Under the pieces are notes generated by a model. The model saw only the letters and a list, made by a program, of their open reading frames with translations, was not told the origin of the DNA and ran no database searches. This document shows, piece by piece, positions 9,956 to 20,384 of a DNA stretch of 64,000 nucleotides (position 1 is the stretch's first letter; each line of letters begins with the position of its first letter). A program made the position numbers and the translations under genes. Origin of the DNA: an uncultured Actinomycetota bacterium (GTDB taxonomy: Bacteria; Actinomycetota; Actinomycetes; Propionibacteriales; Nocardioidaceae); assembly GCA_963814935.1 (NCBI GenBank), contig CAWFEZ010000008.1, forward strand, positions 128,335 to 192,334. Reading direction: 5' to 3'.

Positions 9956-10585
9956 ATGAGCAGCCCCGCCTTCCAGATCAGGTCCGGCCGGATCCGTTCC
10001 GCCGCAGCCGGCCGGGTCACCGGACTCGCCGGCGCCGCCCTCGAGCGGGCGCGGCTGACGGTCGTGCCGAGGGCCCGCACGCGCACGAGTCCGCTGCCGT
10101 TCGTGACGCTGGTGTCCTTCGTGCTGCTGGCCGGTGTGATCGGGCTGCTGATGTTCAACACCTCGATGCAGCAGGCGGCGTTCACCGCCACGACGATGGA
10201 GCAGCAGGCCGCCACCCTCAACGCCCGCGAGCAGACGTTGCGGATGGAGCTCGACATCCTTCGCGATCCCCAGCGCGTGGCCCTGAAGGCCCAGCGGATG
10301 GGCCTGGTCATCCCCGCCACCCCGGCGTTCCTGCGCCTGTCCGACGGCAAGGTGCTCGGGACGCCGACCGCGGCCACTCGCGAGGACGGCCTACGCCTAC
10401 TGCCGAAAGCGCCCAAGAAGCCTGCCGTTCTCGACCCCGCGCCCAACGTCGTGACGGTGGTGGCCCCGCCGGCGAACGGTGACGGCGACGGCGCGGGAGA
10501 CGGCAAGAACCAGCAGCGAGGCGATAGGAACGACCAGCAGCCCAACCATCTGCCCAACCGTCAACTGGGCGACCGGAACCGTTGA
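9956..10585 (+). CDS. ftsL: FtsL-like cell division protein
   Basis: Single TM followed by a coiled coil; lies between rsmH and ftsI. Confidence 0.7.
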   Translation: MSSPAFQIRSGRIRSAAAGRVTGLAGAALERARLTVVPRARTRTSPLPFVTLVSFVLLAGVIGLLMFNTSMQQAAFTATTMEQQAATLNAREQTLRMELDILRDPQRVALKAQRMGLVIPATPAFLRLSDGKVLGTPTAATREDGLRLLPKAPKKPAVLDPAPNVVTVVAPPANGDGDGAGDGKNQQRGDRNDQQPNHLPNRQLGDRNR

Positions 10586-10602
10586 GGCAGGAGACCGCGT
10601 TG

Positions 10603-12402
10603 ATGCGTCGCACGATCTCCCGTTCCCCGGTCACGGCCAGGGGGACACTCCGCGGCTCGCCCCAGCTGCGGCTGCGGTTCGGCTTCCTGGTCATCGCGAT
10701 GGTGCTGTCGGTCTTCGGCGCGCGCCTGGTTCAGCTCCAGGGCGTCGATCCCAACGCGTACGCCGCGATGGCCGCCGCCGAGGGGACCGTCACCCTCGAC
10801 CTGCCCGCCGAGCGGGGAGACATCCTCGACCGCAACGGCCAGCCGCTCGCCGACTCGGTCGACGGCGAGATGGTCGTCGCCGACCCGTTCGTCACCCGGG
10901 CCAAGGCGCAGGAGCTGGCCAAGTTCTTGGCGAGCCGGCTCGACATCGACTACTTCGAGACACTCGAGGCGCTGCGCCTGAAGGACAAGCGGTTCGCCTA
11001 CATCGCGCGCCGGGTGCCGGCCAGCAAGGCGCAGGCGGTCGTGGCCGCGGCCGAGGAAGCGGGCTACCGGGGCCTCGACACCCGTCACGACCCGATCCGC
11101 GACTATCCCGCCGGCGACGTGGGCGCCAACCTGGTGGGCTTCGTCGGCACCGACGAGGCCCTCGCCGGATTCGAGAGCAACTTCGACCAGCACCTGTCCG
11201 GCACCAACGGCTCGGAGCGCTACGCGGTCGGCAAGGGCAACCGGATCCCGCTCGGCCACGCGACCATCGAGCCGCCGGTCGACGGCCGGGACCTCCAGAC
11301 CACCATCGACCTCGACCTGCAGTGGTACACCCAGCGGATCCTGCGGCAGACGGTCGAGGACGCCCGCGCTGACTCCGGCTTCGCGGTCGTGATGGACACC
11401 AAGACCGGCGAGGTGCTCGCCCTGGCCGACCACCCGACGTTCGACGCCCGGTCGCCCCAGGCGGCCAACGCCAAGGACCGCGTGTCCCGGGCGATGACCG
11501 ACGTCTACGAGCCGGGCTCCGTCGAGAAGGTGCTCACCCTCAGCGCGCTCATCGACGCCGGCAAGGCGACGGCACGCACTCGGGTGACGGTGCCGCCGTC
11601 GCTGCCGAGCGGCGACCGCGTCATCCACGACTGGTTCGGCCACGGCATCTTGCGCCTGACCCTGGCCGGCGTGCTCGCGCAGTCGTCCAACATCGGCACG
11701 GTGCTGGCGGCCCGCAACTTCGAGACCGGCCAGCTGCGCGACTACCTCTCGAAGTTCGGCCTCGGTCGCAGGACCGACGTGGGAGTCGCCGGTGAGACCC
11801 AGGGCATCCTGCCCGACCCGAGCATCTGGACCTCGATGACGCAGGACCGCATCGCCTTCGGCCAGTCGCTCTCGGTCAACGCCCTCCAGATGGCCGCCGC
11901 CGTCAACACGATCGCCAACGGCGGCGTGCGCGTCGCGCCGAGCCTGGTCCGCGGCACCGCGGTCACCGACGACGGGCTCGCGGTCGGGACCGACTCCACG
12001 ACCACCGAGAGGATCGTCAGCAAGGGCGCCGCCCACCAGATGTCGCTGATGATGGAGCGGGTCGTCGACCCCGATGCCGGCGTGGCGCCGTCCGCGCAGG
12101 TGCCGGGCTACCGCGTGGCGGGCAAGACCGGCACCGCGCAACGGGTCGGCCCCGTCTGCGGCTGCTACAACGACACGTTCACGGTCTCCTTCGCCGGCTT
12201 CGCGCCGGCCGACAAGCCGCGCTTCACCGTCTACGTCGTGGTGCAGGTCCCGCGCAACGGCGGAGGCGGCGGCTCCGTCGCCGGGCCGGCGTTCAGCAAG
12301 ATCATGAGCTACGCACTGCGTCGCTACGGCGTGCCGCCGACGGGCGCGGCGCCGTCCCAGCTCCCGACGACCTGGAGGCCCGGGCAAGTAGCCTCGCGGT
12401 GA
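10603..12402 (+). CDS. ftsI: Peptidoglycan transpeptidase FtsI (class B PBP)
   Basis: RGDILDRNG, YEPGSVEK (SxxK), SSNIG (SxN), GKTGTAQ (KTG). Confidence 0.95.
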   Translation: MRRTISRSPVTARGTLRGSPQLRLRFGFLVIAMVLSVFGARLVQLQGVDPNAYAAMAAAEGTVTLDLPAERGDILDRNGQPLADSVDGEMVVADPFVTRAKAQELAKFLASRLDIDYFETLEALRLKDKRFAYIARRVPASKAQAVVAAAEEAGYRGLDTRHDPIRDYPAGDVGANLVGFVGTDEALAGFESNFDQHLSGTNGSERYAVGKGNRIPLGHATIEPPVDGRDLQTTIDLDLQWYTQRILRQTVEDARADSGFAVVMDTKTGEVLALADHPTFDARSPQAANAKDRVSRAMTDVYEPGSVEKVLTLSALIDAGKATARTRVTVPPSLPSGDRVIHDWFGHGILRLTLAGVLAQSSNIGTVLAARNFETGQLRDYLSKFGLGRRTDVGVAGETQGILPDPSIWTSMTQDRIAFGQSLSVNALQMAAAVNTIANGGVRVAPSLVRGTAVTDDGLAVGTDSTTTERIVSKGAAHQMSLMMERVVDPDAGVAPSAQVPGYRVAGKTGTAQRVGPVCGCYNDTFTVSFAGFAPADKPRFTVYVVVQVPRNGGGGGSVAGPAFSKIMSYALRRYGVPPTGAAPSQLPTTWRPGQVASR

Positions 12403-13958
12403 TGACCGAGCGGCCCAGTGACGTGCTGACGGCGAGCCGTCCGCAGCACCCGCCCCACCGTCCCCTGACCGAGCTGGCCGACTGGCTGGCCGCTGCCGAC
12501 GCGACGACGAGGGCCCACGGTGACCTCGGCGGGGTCGCGACCGGGATCACCCTTGCCTCGCAGCGGGTGCTGCCCGGCGACGTCTACGCCGCCCTGCCCG
12601 GGAGCCACGCTCACGGCGTCGACTACGTCGCCGCGGCCGTCGAGGCGGGGGCGGTCGCCGTCCTCACCGACACCACGGGTTCCCGACGGGTGCCTGAGGG
12701 CGTGCCGGTCCTCCAGGTCGCGGCACCGCGGTCGCTGCTCGGCCGCTTCGCGGCCCACGTGTACGGCGACCCCGCCCGATCGCTGCGGATGCTCGGCGTC
12801 ACCGGCACCCAGGGCAAGACCACCACCACCCGGCTCGCCGAGAGCGCTCTGCAGCGAGCGGGCGTCCGCTCTGCGGTCGTCGGCACGGTCGGCACCCGCG
12901 TCGACGGCGAGGAGATCAAGACCGCGCTGACCACGCCCGAGGCGCCGGACCTCCACGGCCTGTTCGCGATGATGAAGGAGCGGTCGGTGACCGCTTGCGC
13001 GATGGAGGTCTCCAGCCACGCCCTGGTGCAGGGCCGCGTCGACGGCGTGGTCTTCGACCTGGCCGTCTTCACCAACCTCGGTCGAGACCACCTCGACTTC
13101 CACGTCGACCTCGAGGACTACTTCCAGGCCAAGGCCTCCCTGTTCACCCCGCAGCGCTGCGTGAGGGGCCTGGTCAATGCCGACGACGAGCACGGCCGGA
13201 GGCTCCTCGCCCAGGCCGACGTTCCGCTGCAGTCGTTCTCCGCCACCGGCGGCGACGCCGACTGGCGTGCCGAGGACGTGCAGGTGACGTCGCGCGGGTC
13301 GGAGTTCCTGGTGACCGGCCCGGAGGACGTGCGCGTCGAGGCGGCCTGCCCGCTGCCCGGTGACTTCAACGTGGCCAACGCGCTGGCCGGGCTCGCGGCC
13401 TGCGCCCTGCTGGGGTTCGACCTCGAGACGGTCGCCCGCGCGATGGCCGAGGGCGGCGGCGTGCCCGGCCGGCTGGAGCGCGTCGACGCCGGCCAGGACT
13501 TCACCGTCGTCGTCGACTACGCCCACAAGCCCGACGCCGTCACTGCGGCGCTCGCCGCGCTGCGGCCGCTCACCACCGGACGGCTGATCGTCGTGCTCGG
13601 GGCTGGCGGCGAGCGCGACCCGGGCAAGCGCCCGATCATGGGCGAGATCGCGGCGCGGCTCGCCGACGTCCTCGTGGTGACCGACGACAACCCCCGCGGC
13701 GAGGAGCCGGCCGCCGTCCGGGCCGAGATCCTGGCCGGCACCCGCGGCGGCTCGGCCGAGGTCCTGGAGGTCGGTGACCGGCGCGCGGCCATCCGCGAGG
13801 CGGTCGGCCGGGCGCGGGCGGGCGACGTCGTACTGGTCGCCGGCAAGGGCCACGAGACCGGCCAGGAGGTCGCCGGCGTCGTGCACCCCTTCGACGACCG
13901 CGAGGTCGTGCGCGAGGAGCTGGGGGTCAGTCACGATCCTGCGGTGATCGAGCCGTGA
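12399..13958 (+). CDS. murE: UDP-MurNAc-dipeptide--diaminopimelate ligase
   Basis: GVTGTQGKTT, TTPEA, MEVSSHAL, DHLDFH, DYAHKPDA, DNPR, GKGHE. Confidence 0.96.
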   Translation: MMTERPSDVLTASRPQHPPHRPLTELADWLAAADATTRAHGDLGGVATGITLASQRVLPGDVYAALPGSHAHGVDYVAAAVEAGAVAVLTDTTGSRRVPEGVPVLQVAAPRSLLGRFAAHVYGDPARSLRMLGVTGTQGKTTTTRLAESALQRAGVRSAVVGTVGTRVDGEEIKTALTTPEAPDLHGLFAMMKERSVTACAMEVSSHALVQGRVDGVVFDLAVFTNLGRDHLDFHVDLEDYFQAKASLFTPQRCVRGLVNADDEHGRRLLAQADVPLQSFSATGGDADWRAEDVQVTSRGSEFLVTGPEDVRVEAACPLPGDFNVANALAGLAACALLGFDLETVARAMAEGGGVPGRLERVDAGQDFTVVVDYAHKPDAVTAALAALRPLTTGRLIVVLGAGGERDPGKRPIMGEIAARLADVLVVTDDNPRGEEPAAVRAEILAGTRGGSAEVLEVGDRRAAIREAVGRARAGDVVLVAGKGHETGQEVAGVVHPFDDREVVREELGVSHDPAVIEP

Positions 13959-15361
13959 TCCCGATGACACTGGCCGAGATCGCCCACGTGGTCGCGGGCG
14001 AGGTGGTCGGTGACCCCGCCGTCGCCGTGACCGGGCCGGCGTTCCGCGACAACCGCGAACCCGCCGAGGGTGGCCTGTTCGTGGCGATCGTCGGGGAGCG
14101 GGTCGACGGTCACGACTTCGCCGAGGCGGCCGTCCACGGCGGCGGGGCCGGCGTCCTGGGCAGCCGGCCGACGGGCGCGCCGACGGTCGTGGTGGCTGAC
14201 GTCGTGGTCGCCCTGGGCCGCCTGGCCAGGCACGTGGTGGACGCCGTCCACCCGACCGTGCTGGCACTCACCGGCTCGCAGGGCAAGACCGGCACCAAGG
14301 ACTACCTGGCCCAGGTCCTCACCGGCGTCGGCGAGACCGTGGCCACCTCGGGCAACCTCAACAACGAGCTGGGCGTCCCTCTCACCGTGCTGCGCTGCAC
14401 CGCCGACACCCAGTACCTCGTGGTCGAGATGGGCGCCCGCGGGATCGGGCACATCGCCGAGCTGTGCCGGATCGCCCCGCCCGACGTGGCCGCCGTGCTC
14501 AACGTCGGCACCGCGCACGTCGGTGAGTTCGGCTCGCGTGAGGCCATCGCCCAGGCGAAGGGCGAGATCATCGAGGCGCTCGGCCCGGACGCCACGGCGG
14601 TCCTCAACGCTGGTGACGACCTGGTCGTGGCGATGCGCGAGCGCACGCCGGCGCGCGTGCTGACGTTCGGCGAGCACGGCGACGTGTGCTGGCGGGGGGT
14701 CCGGCTCGACGACCTCGGCCGGGCGTCGTTCGAGCTGGGGCACGCAGGCGAGTGGCACCCGGTGTCACTCACGCAGTCCGGAGCCCACCAGGTACCCAAC
14801 GCCGCCGCCGCGGCGGCGATGGCGGTCGCGACCGGCGTCGACCTCCACCACTGCGCCCGTGCGCTGACCGTGTCCGTGGCGGCCTCGCGGTGGCGGATGG
14901 AGCTGCACGAGCGGGCCGACGGGCTGGTCGTCGTCAACGACGCCTACAACGCCAACCCGGCCTCCATGGCCGCCGCGCTCGACGCTCTGGTCTCGATCGG
15001 CCGGAGTCGCGGCGCGCGGACCGTCGCGGTGCTCGGCGAGATGCTCGAGCTCGGAGCCGCACACGAGGAGGAGCACGTCGGCGTCGGCCGGTACGCCGCC
15101 CGGTGCGGGGTCGACGTGGTCGTCGCCGTCGGTGAGCCAGCGGCGGGCATCGCGCGCGGCGCGAGCGCCGTACCGGACTGGCAGGGAGTGGCGGTCACCA
15201 CGGCGGGCCGTGACGAGGCACTGACGTGGGTACGCGAGAATGCTGCGGTTGGCGACCCCGGGAGACGCGTGGTGCTCGTGAAGGCGTCGCGGGGGGCGGC
15301 GCTGGAGTCGGTGGCCGAGGGACTGCTCCACCCGATCGACGAAGAGGAAGGGAGCCGATGA
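13955..15361 (+). CDS. murF: UDP-MurNAc-tripeptide--D-Ala-D-Ala ligase
   Basis: TGSQGKTGTK, NNELGVP, EMGARG, NDAYNANPASM, LVKASR. Confidence 0.96.
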   Translation: MIPMTLAEIAHVVAGEVVGDPAVAVTGPAFRDNREPAEGGLFVAIVGERVDGHDFAEAAVHGGGAGVLGSRPTGAPTVVVADVVVALGRLARHVVDAVHPTVLALTGSQGKTGTKDYLAQVLTGVGETVATSGNLNNELGVPLTVLRCTADTQYLVVEMGARGIGHIAELCRIAPPDVAAVLNVGTAHVGEFGSREAIAQAKGEIIEALGPDATAVLNAGDDLVVAMRERTPARVLTFGEHGDVCWRGVRLDDLGRASFELGHAGEWHPVSLTQSGAHQVPNAAAAAAMAVATGVDLHHCARALTVSVAASRWRMELHERADGLVVVNDAYNANPASMAAALDALVSIGRSRGARTVAVLGEMLELGAAHEEEHVGVGRYAARCGVDVVVAVGEPAAGIARGASAVPDWQGVAVTTAGRDEALTWVRENAAVGDPGRRVVLVKASRGAALESVAEGLLHPIDEEEGSR

Positions 15362-16467
15362 GAGCGATCCTGTTCGGCGGCGGACTCGCGCTGCTGATCT
15401 CGCTCCTCGGCACCCGGGTCGCCATCACCTGGTTCACCCGGTGGGGATGGGGCCAGGAGATCCGCGACGACGGCCCGACCAGCCACCACACCAAGCGCGG
15501 CACCCCCACCATGGGTGGCCTGGTCATCATCTTCTCGGTCGTCGTGGGCTACTTCGCGGCCAAGATCATCACCCAGAGCCAGCCGTCGGCCTCGGCGCTG
15601 CTGCTCCTCTTCCTCTTCGTCGGCCTGGGCGCCGTCGGCTTCCTCGACGACTTCATCAAGATCCGGCGGCAGCGCAGCCTGGGTCTGCGCAGCCGCGCCA
15701 AGATGATCGGCCAGACCGTGGTGGCGCTGGTCTTCGGCGGCCTCGCGCTGTGGAACGAGCTCGCGGACTCCCGGGGCAACACCCCAGCGTCGACGCACGT
15801 GTCCTTCCTGCGCGACATCCCGTGGCTGGCCCTGCCCACCTTCGTCGCGCTCCTCCTGTTCTGGGTGATCATCACCGGCACCAGCAACGCGATGAACCTC
15901 GCCGACGGCCTCGACGGCCTGTCGACCGGCGCGTCCATCCTGATGTTCGCCGCCTACACGCTGGTCAACATCTGGCAGAACAACCAGAGCTGCGCCACTG
16001 CCGGCGGGCCGACCTGTTACGAGGTGCGCGACCCGCTCGACCTCGCGGTCATCGCGGCCGCGATCACCGGGGCCTGCTTCGGCTTCCTGTGGTGGAACGC
16101 GTCACCGGCGGCCATCTTCATGGGTGACACCGGCTCGCTGGCACTCGGCGGGGCGCTCGCCGGGCTGGCGATCCTGACCCGCACCGAGCTGCTCCTGCTG
16201 ATCATCGGCGGCCTGCTCGTGGTCATCACGCTGTCGGTGATGATCCAGGTCTCGGTGTTCAAGGTCAGCCGCGCGAGCGGGCTGTTCCGCAAGGTGTTCC
16301 GGGTCAGGGCCGGCCATCGCGTCTTCCGGATCGCGCCGCTGCACCATCACTTCGAGAACCTCGGCTGGGAGCAGGTCACCGTGGTGATCCGGTTCTGGAT
16401 CATCACCGGGCTCTGCGTCGCCGCGGGCCTGGGCGTCTTCTACGCCCAGTGGGTCGCCGGCGCATGA
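15358..16467 (+). CDS. mraY: Phospho-MurNAc-pentapeptide transferase
   Basis: KRGTPTMGG, GFLDD, DGLDGL, FMGDTGS, APLHHHFE. Confidence 0.96.
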   Translation: MRAILFGGGLALLISLLGTRVAITWFTRWGWGQEIRDDGPTSHHTKRGTPTMGGLVIIFSVVVGYFAAKIITQSQPSASALLLLFLFVGLGAVGFLDDFIKIRRQRSLGLRSRAKMIGQTVVALVFGGLALWNELADSRGNTPASTHVSFLRDIPWLALPTFVALLLFWVIITGTSNAMNLADGLDGLSTGASILMFAAYTLVNIWQNNQSCATAGGPTCYEVRDPLDLAVIAAAITGACFGFLWWNASPAAIFMGDTGSLALGGALAGLAILTRTELLLLIIGGLLVVITLSVMIQVSVFKVSRASGLFRKVFRVRAGHRVFRIAPLHHHFENLGWEQVTVVIRFWIITGLCVAAGLGVFYAQWVAGA

Positions 16468-17943
16468 CCGATCCCGAGCAGCTCGGGCGCCACGACGACT
16501 GGTCCGGTGTCCGCGCGGTGGTGGCGGGGTTCGGGGTCTCCGGGTTCGCGGCCGCCGACAACCTCACCCACCTCGGCGCCCAGGTCACGGCCCTCGACGA
16601 CGACCCGGAGGGGAAGCTCGAGGAGGCGACCCTGCTCGAGGTCCTCGGCGCCTCGGTCAAGCTGCACCCCGGCGCGACGGACAAGCTGCCCGACGACGCC
16701 GACCTGCTCGTCGTCTCGCCGGGGTGGAAGCCGTCGGCCCCGCTGATCGAGCAGGCGCGCGCCCGCGGCATCCCCGTGTGGGGCGAGGTGGAGCTCGCCT
16801 GGCGGTTGCGCGATCCGGACGACTGCGGCGCCCTGGCTGTGCGTGACCGGCACCAACGGCAAGACCACGACGGTGCAGATGCTCGATGCGATCCTCACCG
16901 CGGCGGGCCTGCGCAGCGCCGCGGTCGGCAACGTCGGACGGCCGGTGACCGAGGCGGTGATGGACCCCACGCCGTACGACGTCCTGGCGGTCGAGCTGTC
17001 CAGCTTCCAGCTCCACTACACCTACTCGATGAGCGCCGAGTCGGCGGTCGTGCTCAACCTCGCCGAGGACCACCTCGACTGGTACACCGGCCCGACCGCG
17101 ATGGCCGACTATGCCGTCGACAAGGGGCGGATCTACGAGCGCGTGCAGCGGGCCTGCGTCTACAACGCCGACGACCCGGAGACCGAGCGGCTGGTCCGCG
17201 ACGCCGACGTGGTCGAGGGCGCCCGCGCCGTCGGCTTCACCCTCGGCACCCCCGCCGTCGGGATGGTCGGCGTCGTCGAGGACCTGCTCGTCGACCGGGC
17301 GTTCATCCCCGAGCGGCAGACCAGCGCGGCCGAGCTGTGCGCGGTCGGCGACCTCGCCTCGCCCGCACCCCACGTCGTCGCCAACGCGCTGGCGGCGGCC
17401 GCGCTGGCCCGCGCCCACGGCGTCCCCCAGGTGGCCGTCCGCGACGGCCTGCGGTCGTTCCGCATCGACGGTCACCGGATCGCCACCGTCGCCGTCCACG
17501 ACGAGATCACCTGGGTCGACGACTCGAAGGCCACCAACCCCCACGCGGCGCAGTCCTCGTTGCAGGCCTACGAACCCGTGGTGTGGGTCGCAGGCGGGCT
17601 GGCCAAGGGCGCGCGGTTCGACGACCTGGTGGCCGCCGTCCGCGGCCGGTTGCGCGGTGTCGTGCTGCTCGGCCGCGACCGCGGCGTCATCGCCGACGCT
17701 CTTGCGCGACACGCGCCCGATGTTCCCGTCATCGACACAGGAGCCGACGAGACTGAGCCCGGACTGCAACACGGATGGGGCCCGATGGAGCGGGTCGTGG
17801 AGGCAGCCGCCCGCCTCGCCCGACCCGGCGACACGGTGCTGCTGGCTCCCGGCTGCGCCTCCCAGGACCACTTCCGCAACTACGGCGAGCGCGGCGACGC
17901 GTTCGCCGCCGCCGTACGACGACACATCGGGACCCAGACGTAG
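16464..17943 (+). CDS. murD: UDP-MurNAc-L-Ala--D-Glu ligase (frameshift at ~16830)
   Basis: VAGFGVSG, SPGW, VTGTNGKTTT, ELSSFQL, DHLDW, DDSKATN, LLAPGCAS. Confidence 0.94.
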
Positions 17944-17966
17944 GAACCAGACGGGAGGCCGGACTC

Positions 17967-19250
17967 GTGGCCATCACCACCCCGAGTCGTCCGGCCACCT
18001 CCGAACGCAGTCGCACTCGCGGGCGCACTCTCGGGCGCACGCGTGGGCTGTTCGCCTGGACCTCCGCGCTCCGCCATGCCCTCGACCGGCCGCTGACGTC
18101 CTACTACCTGCTGCTCGGGGCCTCCGCGCTGCTGCTGACCATCGGCCTGGTCATGGTGCTCAGTGCCTCGAGCGTGTACTCCTTCCGCGTCTACGGCGAC
18201 TCCTACGCCATCGTCGAGAAGCAGCTGCTCTGGGTGGCCATCGCCATCCCGTGCGCCTGGGTGGCCAGCCGGCTGCCGTTGCGGTGGATCCGGCGGCTGG
18301 CCTACCCGGGCTACGCCGTCTCGCTCACGCTGCTGCTGCTGACGGCGTTCCTCGGCGTCTCGCGCAACGGCAACACCAACTGGCTGGCGCTCGGGCCGAT
18401 CGTGATCCAGCCGTCCGAGATCGCGAAGCTGTCGCTGATCTTGTGGGCCGCCCACGTCTACGCCAACAAGGACCGCCGGCTGGCGAGCACCCACCAGATC
18501 ATGATCCCGGTCGTGCCCGGCCTGCTGATCGCGACCGGGCTCGTGGTCTTCGGCAAGGACCTCGGCACCGCGCTGGTGCTGTTCGCGATCCTGCTCGGCA
18601 TGCTCTGGGTGGTGGGTGCGCCGGCCCGGTTCTTCGCCTTCAGCATCTCGGTCGTCAGCGTGCTGGCGATCTTCCTGGCCACCACCAACACCGAACGCCT
18701 CGAGCGCATCACCACCTTCGTGGACCCGTTCAAGGACTTCCACGACACCGGCTGGCAGCCCGCCCACGGGCTCTACGCACTCTCGAGCGGGGGCTGGTTC
18801 GGCCAGGGCATCGGCGCCAGCCAGCAGAAGTGGGGTCAGCTGCCCGAGGCCCACACCGACTTCATCTTCGCCGTGCTCGGCGAGGAGCTCGGCCTGGCCG
18901 GCACCTTGCTGGTGATCGGGCTGTTCGTGACCATCGCCTTCGCCGCGGTCCGGGTGGCCTCCCACACCACCGACCCGTTCGTGCGCTACATGTCCTTCGG
19001 CATCGTGGTCTGGCTGCTGGGCCAGATGATGATCAACGTCGGCATGGTGCTCGCGCTGCTGCCCGTCATCGGCATCCCGTTGCCGCTCGTCTCCTACGGT
19101 GGCTCGGCCCTGGTCCCCTCGGTCGTCGCGCTGGGGCTGCTGGTCGGGTTCGCGCGACGCGAGCCCGAGGCCGCGGCCGCGCTCCGCCAGCGCCGGCGTA
19201 CCCGATCCGCCGGGCTGTCGGCCGGTCGGGTCCCGGGCCGAGGTCTTTGA
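17967..19250 (+). CDS. ftsW: SEDS peptidoglycan glycosyltransferase FtsW
   Basis: GGGAGG SD; MVLSASS, IQPSEIAK, DLGT, LPEAHTDFIFAVLGEELG, PLVSYGGS. Confidence 0.96.
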   Translation: MAITTPSRPATSERSRTRGRTLGRTRGLFAWTSALRHALDRPLTSYYLLLGASALLLTIGLVMVLSASSVYSFRVYGDSYAIVEKQLLWVAIAIPCAWVASRLPLRWIRRLAYPGYAVSLTLLLLTAFLGVSRNGNTNWLALGPIVIQPSEIAKLSLILWAAHVYANKDRRLASTHQIMIPVVPGLLIATGLVVFGKDLGTALVLFAILLGMLWVVGAPARFFAFSISVVSVLAIFLATTNTERLERITTFVDPFKDFHDTGWQPAHGLYALSSGGWFGQGIGASQQKWGQLPEAHTDFIFAVLGEELGLAGTLLVIGLFVTIAFAAVRVASHTTDPFVRYMSFGIVVWLLGQMMINVGMVLALLPVIGIPLPLVSYGGSALVPSVVALGLLVGFARREPEAAAALRQRRRTRSAGLSAGRVPGRGL

Positions 19251-19274
19251 GCCGCTTCTAGGCTCGACTCCGAC

Positions 19275-20384
19275 ATGCGCGTACTCCTGGCCGGCGGCGG
19301 CACCGCCGGACACACCTCTCCGTTGCTGGCCACGGCCGACGCCCTGCGCCGGCTCGAGCCCGGCGTCGAGATCACCTGTCTCGGCACGCCGCGTGGCCTC
19401 GAGAGCCGCGTCGTCCCCGAGGCGGGCTATCCGCTCGAGCTCATCTCGCCGGTGCCGCTCCCACGCCGCCTCGGCGTCGACCTTCTCAAGGTCCCCGTCC
19501 GGCTGCGCGGCGCCGTCCGTGAGGCCACCCGCGTGCTCGACCGCACGGGCGCCGAGGTGGTCGTCGGCTTCGGGGGCTACGTCTCGATGCCCGCCTACCT
19601 CGCGGCCCGGCGGCGCCGGGTGCCGATCGTCCTCCACGAGCAGAACTCCGTGCCCGGCCTGGCCAACAAGGCCGGTGCCCGCCTCGCGCGCCGCGTGGCG
19701 GTCAGCTTCCCCGGCACCCCGTTGCCCAGGGCGGAGTACGTCGGCCTGCCGCTGCGGGCGATGATCGCCCGGCTCGACCGCGAGGCGACCCGAGCAGAGG
19801 CGCGGCGGTTCTTCGACCTCGACCCCGACCGGCCGACCCTGCTGGTCACGGGCGGCTCGCAGGGAGCGCGGCGGCTCAACCAGGCGGTCTCCGGCGCCTC
19901 GGCGGCGCTGGCGGGTGCGGGTGTGCAGGTGCTCCACGTGGTGGGGCCGCAGGGCGAGGCGCAGCCGCATCAAGGGGCTGCGCCCAGCGACGTGCCCAGC
20001 GACGTGCCCAGCGACGTGCCGTACGCCGTGCTGCCGTTCGTCGACCGGATGGACCTCGCCTACGCCGCCGCGGACCTGGTGCTGTCGCGCTGCGGCGCCA
20101 ACAGCGTCGTGGAGGCCGCGGCGGTCGGGCTCCCCGCGATCTTCGTGCCGCTGCCGATCGGCAACGGCGAGCAGGAGCACAACGCGCGCCCGGTGGTCGA
20201 GGCCGGGGGAGCGCTGCTCGTGAAGGACGCCGACCTCACTTCGGCGTGGGTGGCGAGCCAGGTGCCGATGCTGGCCAACGATCCCCCGAGGCTGGCCGCG
20301 ATGGCGGCCGCGGCGTCCGGCCTGGTGCCGCGTGACGCCGACGAACGGCTGGCCCGGATCGTGCTCGAGGTGGCCCGCTCGTGA
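19275..20384 (+). CDS. murG: Lipid II GlcNAc transferase
   Basis: GGGTAGH, GFGGYVS, HEQN, GGSQGA, EQEHNA; contains an internal 12-bp tandem repeat (PSDV x3, ~19982-20019). Confidence 0.96.
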   Translation: MRVLLAGGGTAGHTSPLLATADALRRLEPGVEITCLGTPRGLESRVVPEAGYPLELISPVPLPRRLGVDLLKVPVRLRGAVREATRVLDRTGAEVVVGFGGYVSMPAYLAARRRRVPIVLHEQNSVPGLANKAGARLARRVAVSFPGTPLPRAEYVGLPLRAMIARLDREATRAEARRFFDLDPDRPTLLVTGGSQGARRLNQAVSGASAALAGAGVQVLHVVGPQGEAQPHQGAAPSDVPSDVPSDVPYAVLPFVDRMDLAYAAADLVLSRCGANSVVEAAAVGLPAIFVPLPIGNGEQEHNARPVVEAGGALLVKDADLTSAWVASQVPMLANDPPRLAAMAAAASGLVPRDADERLARIVLEVARS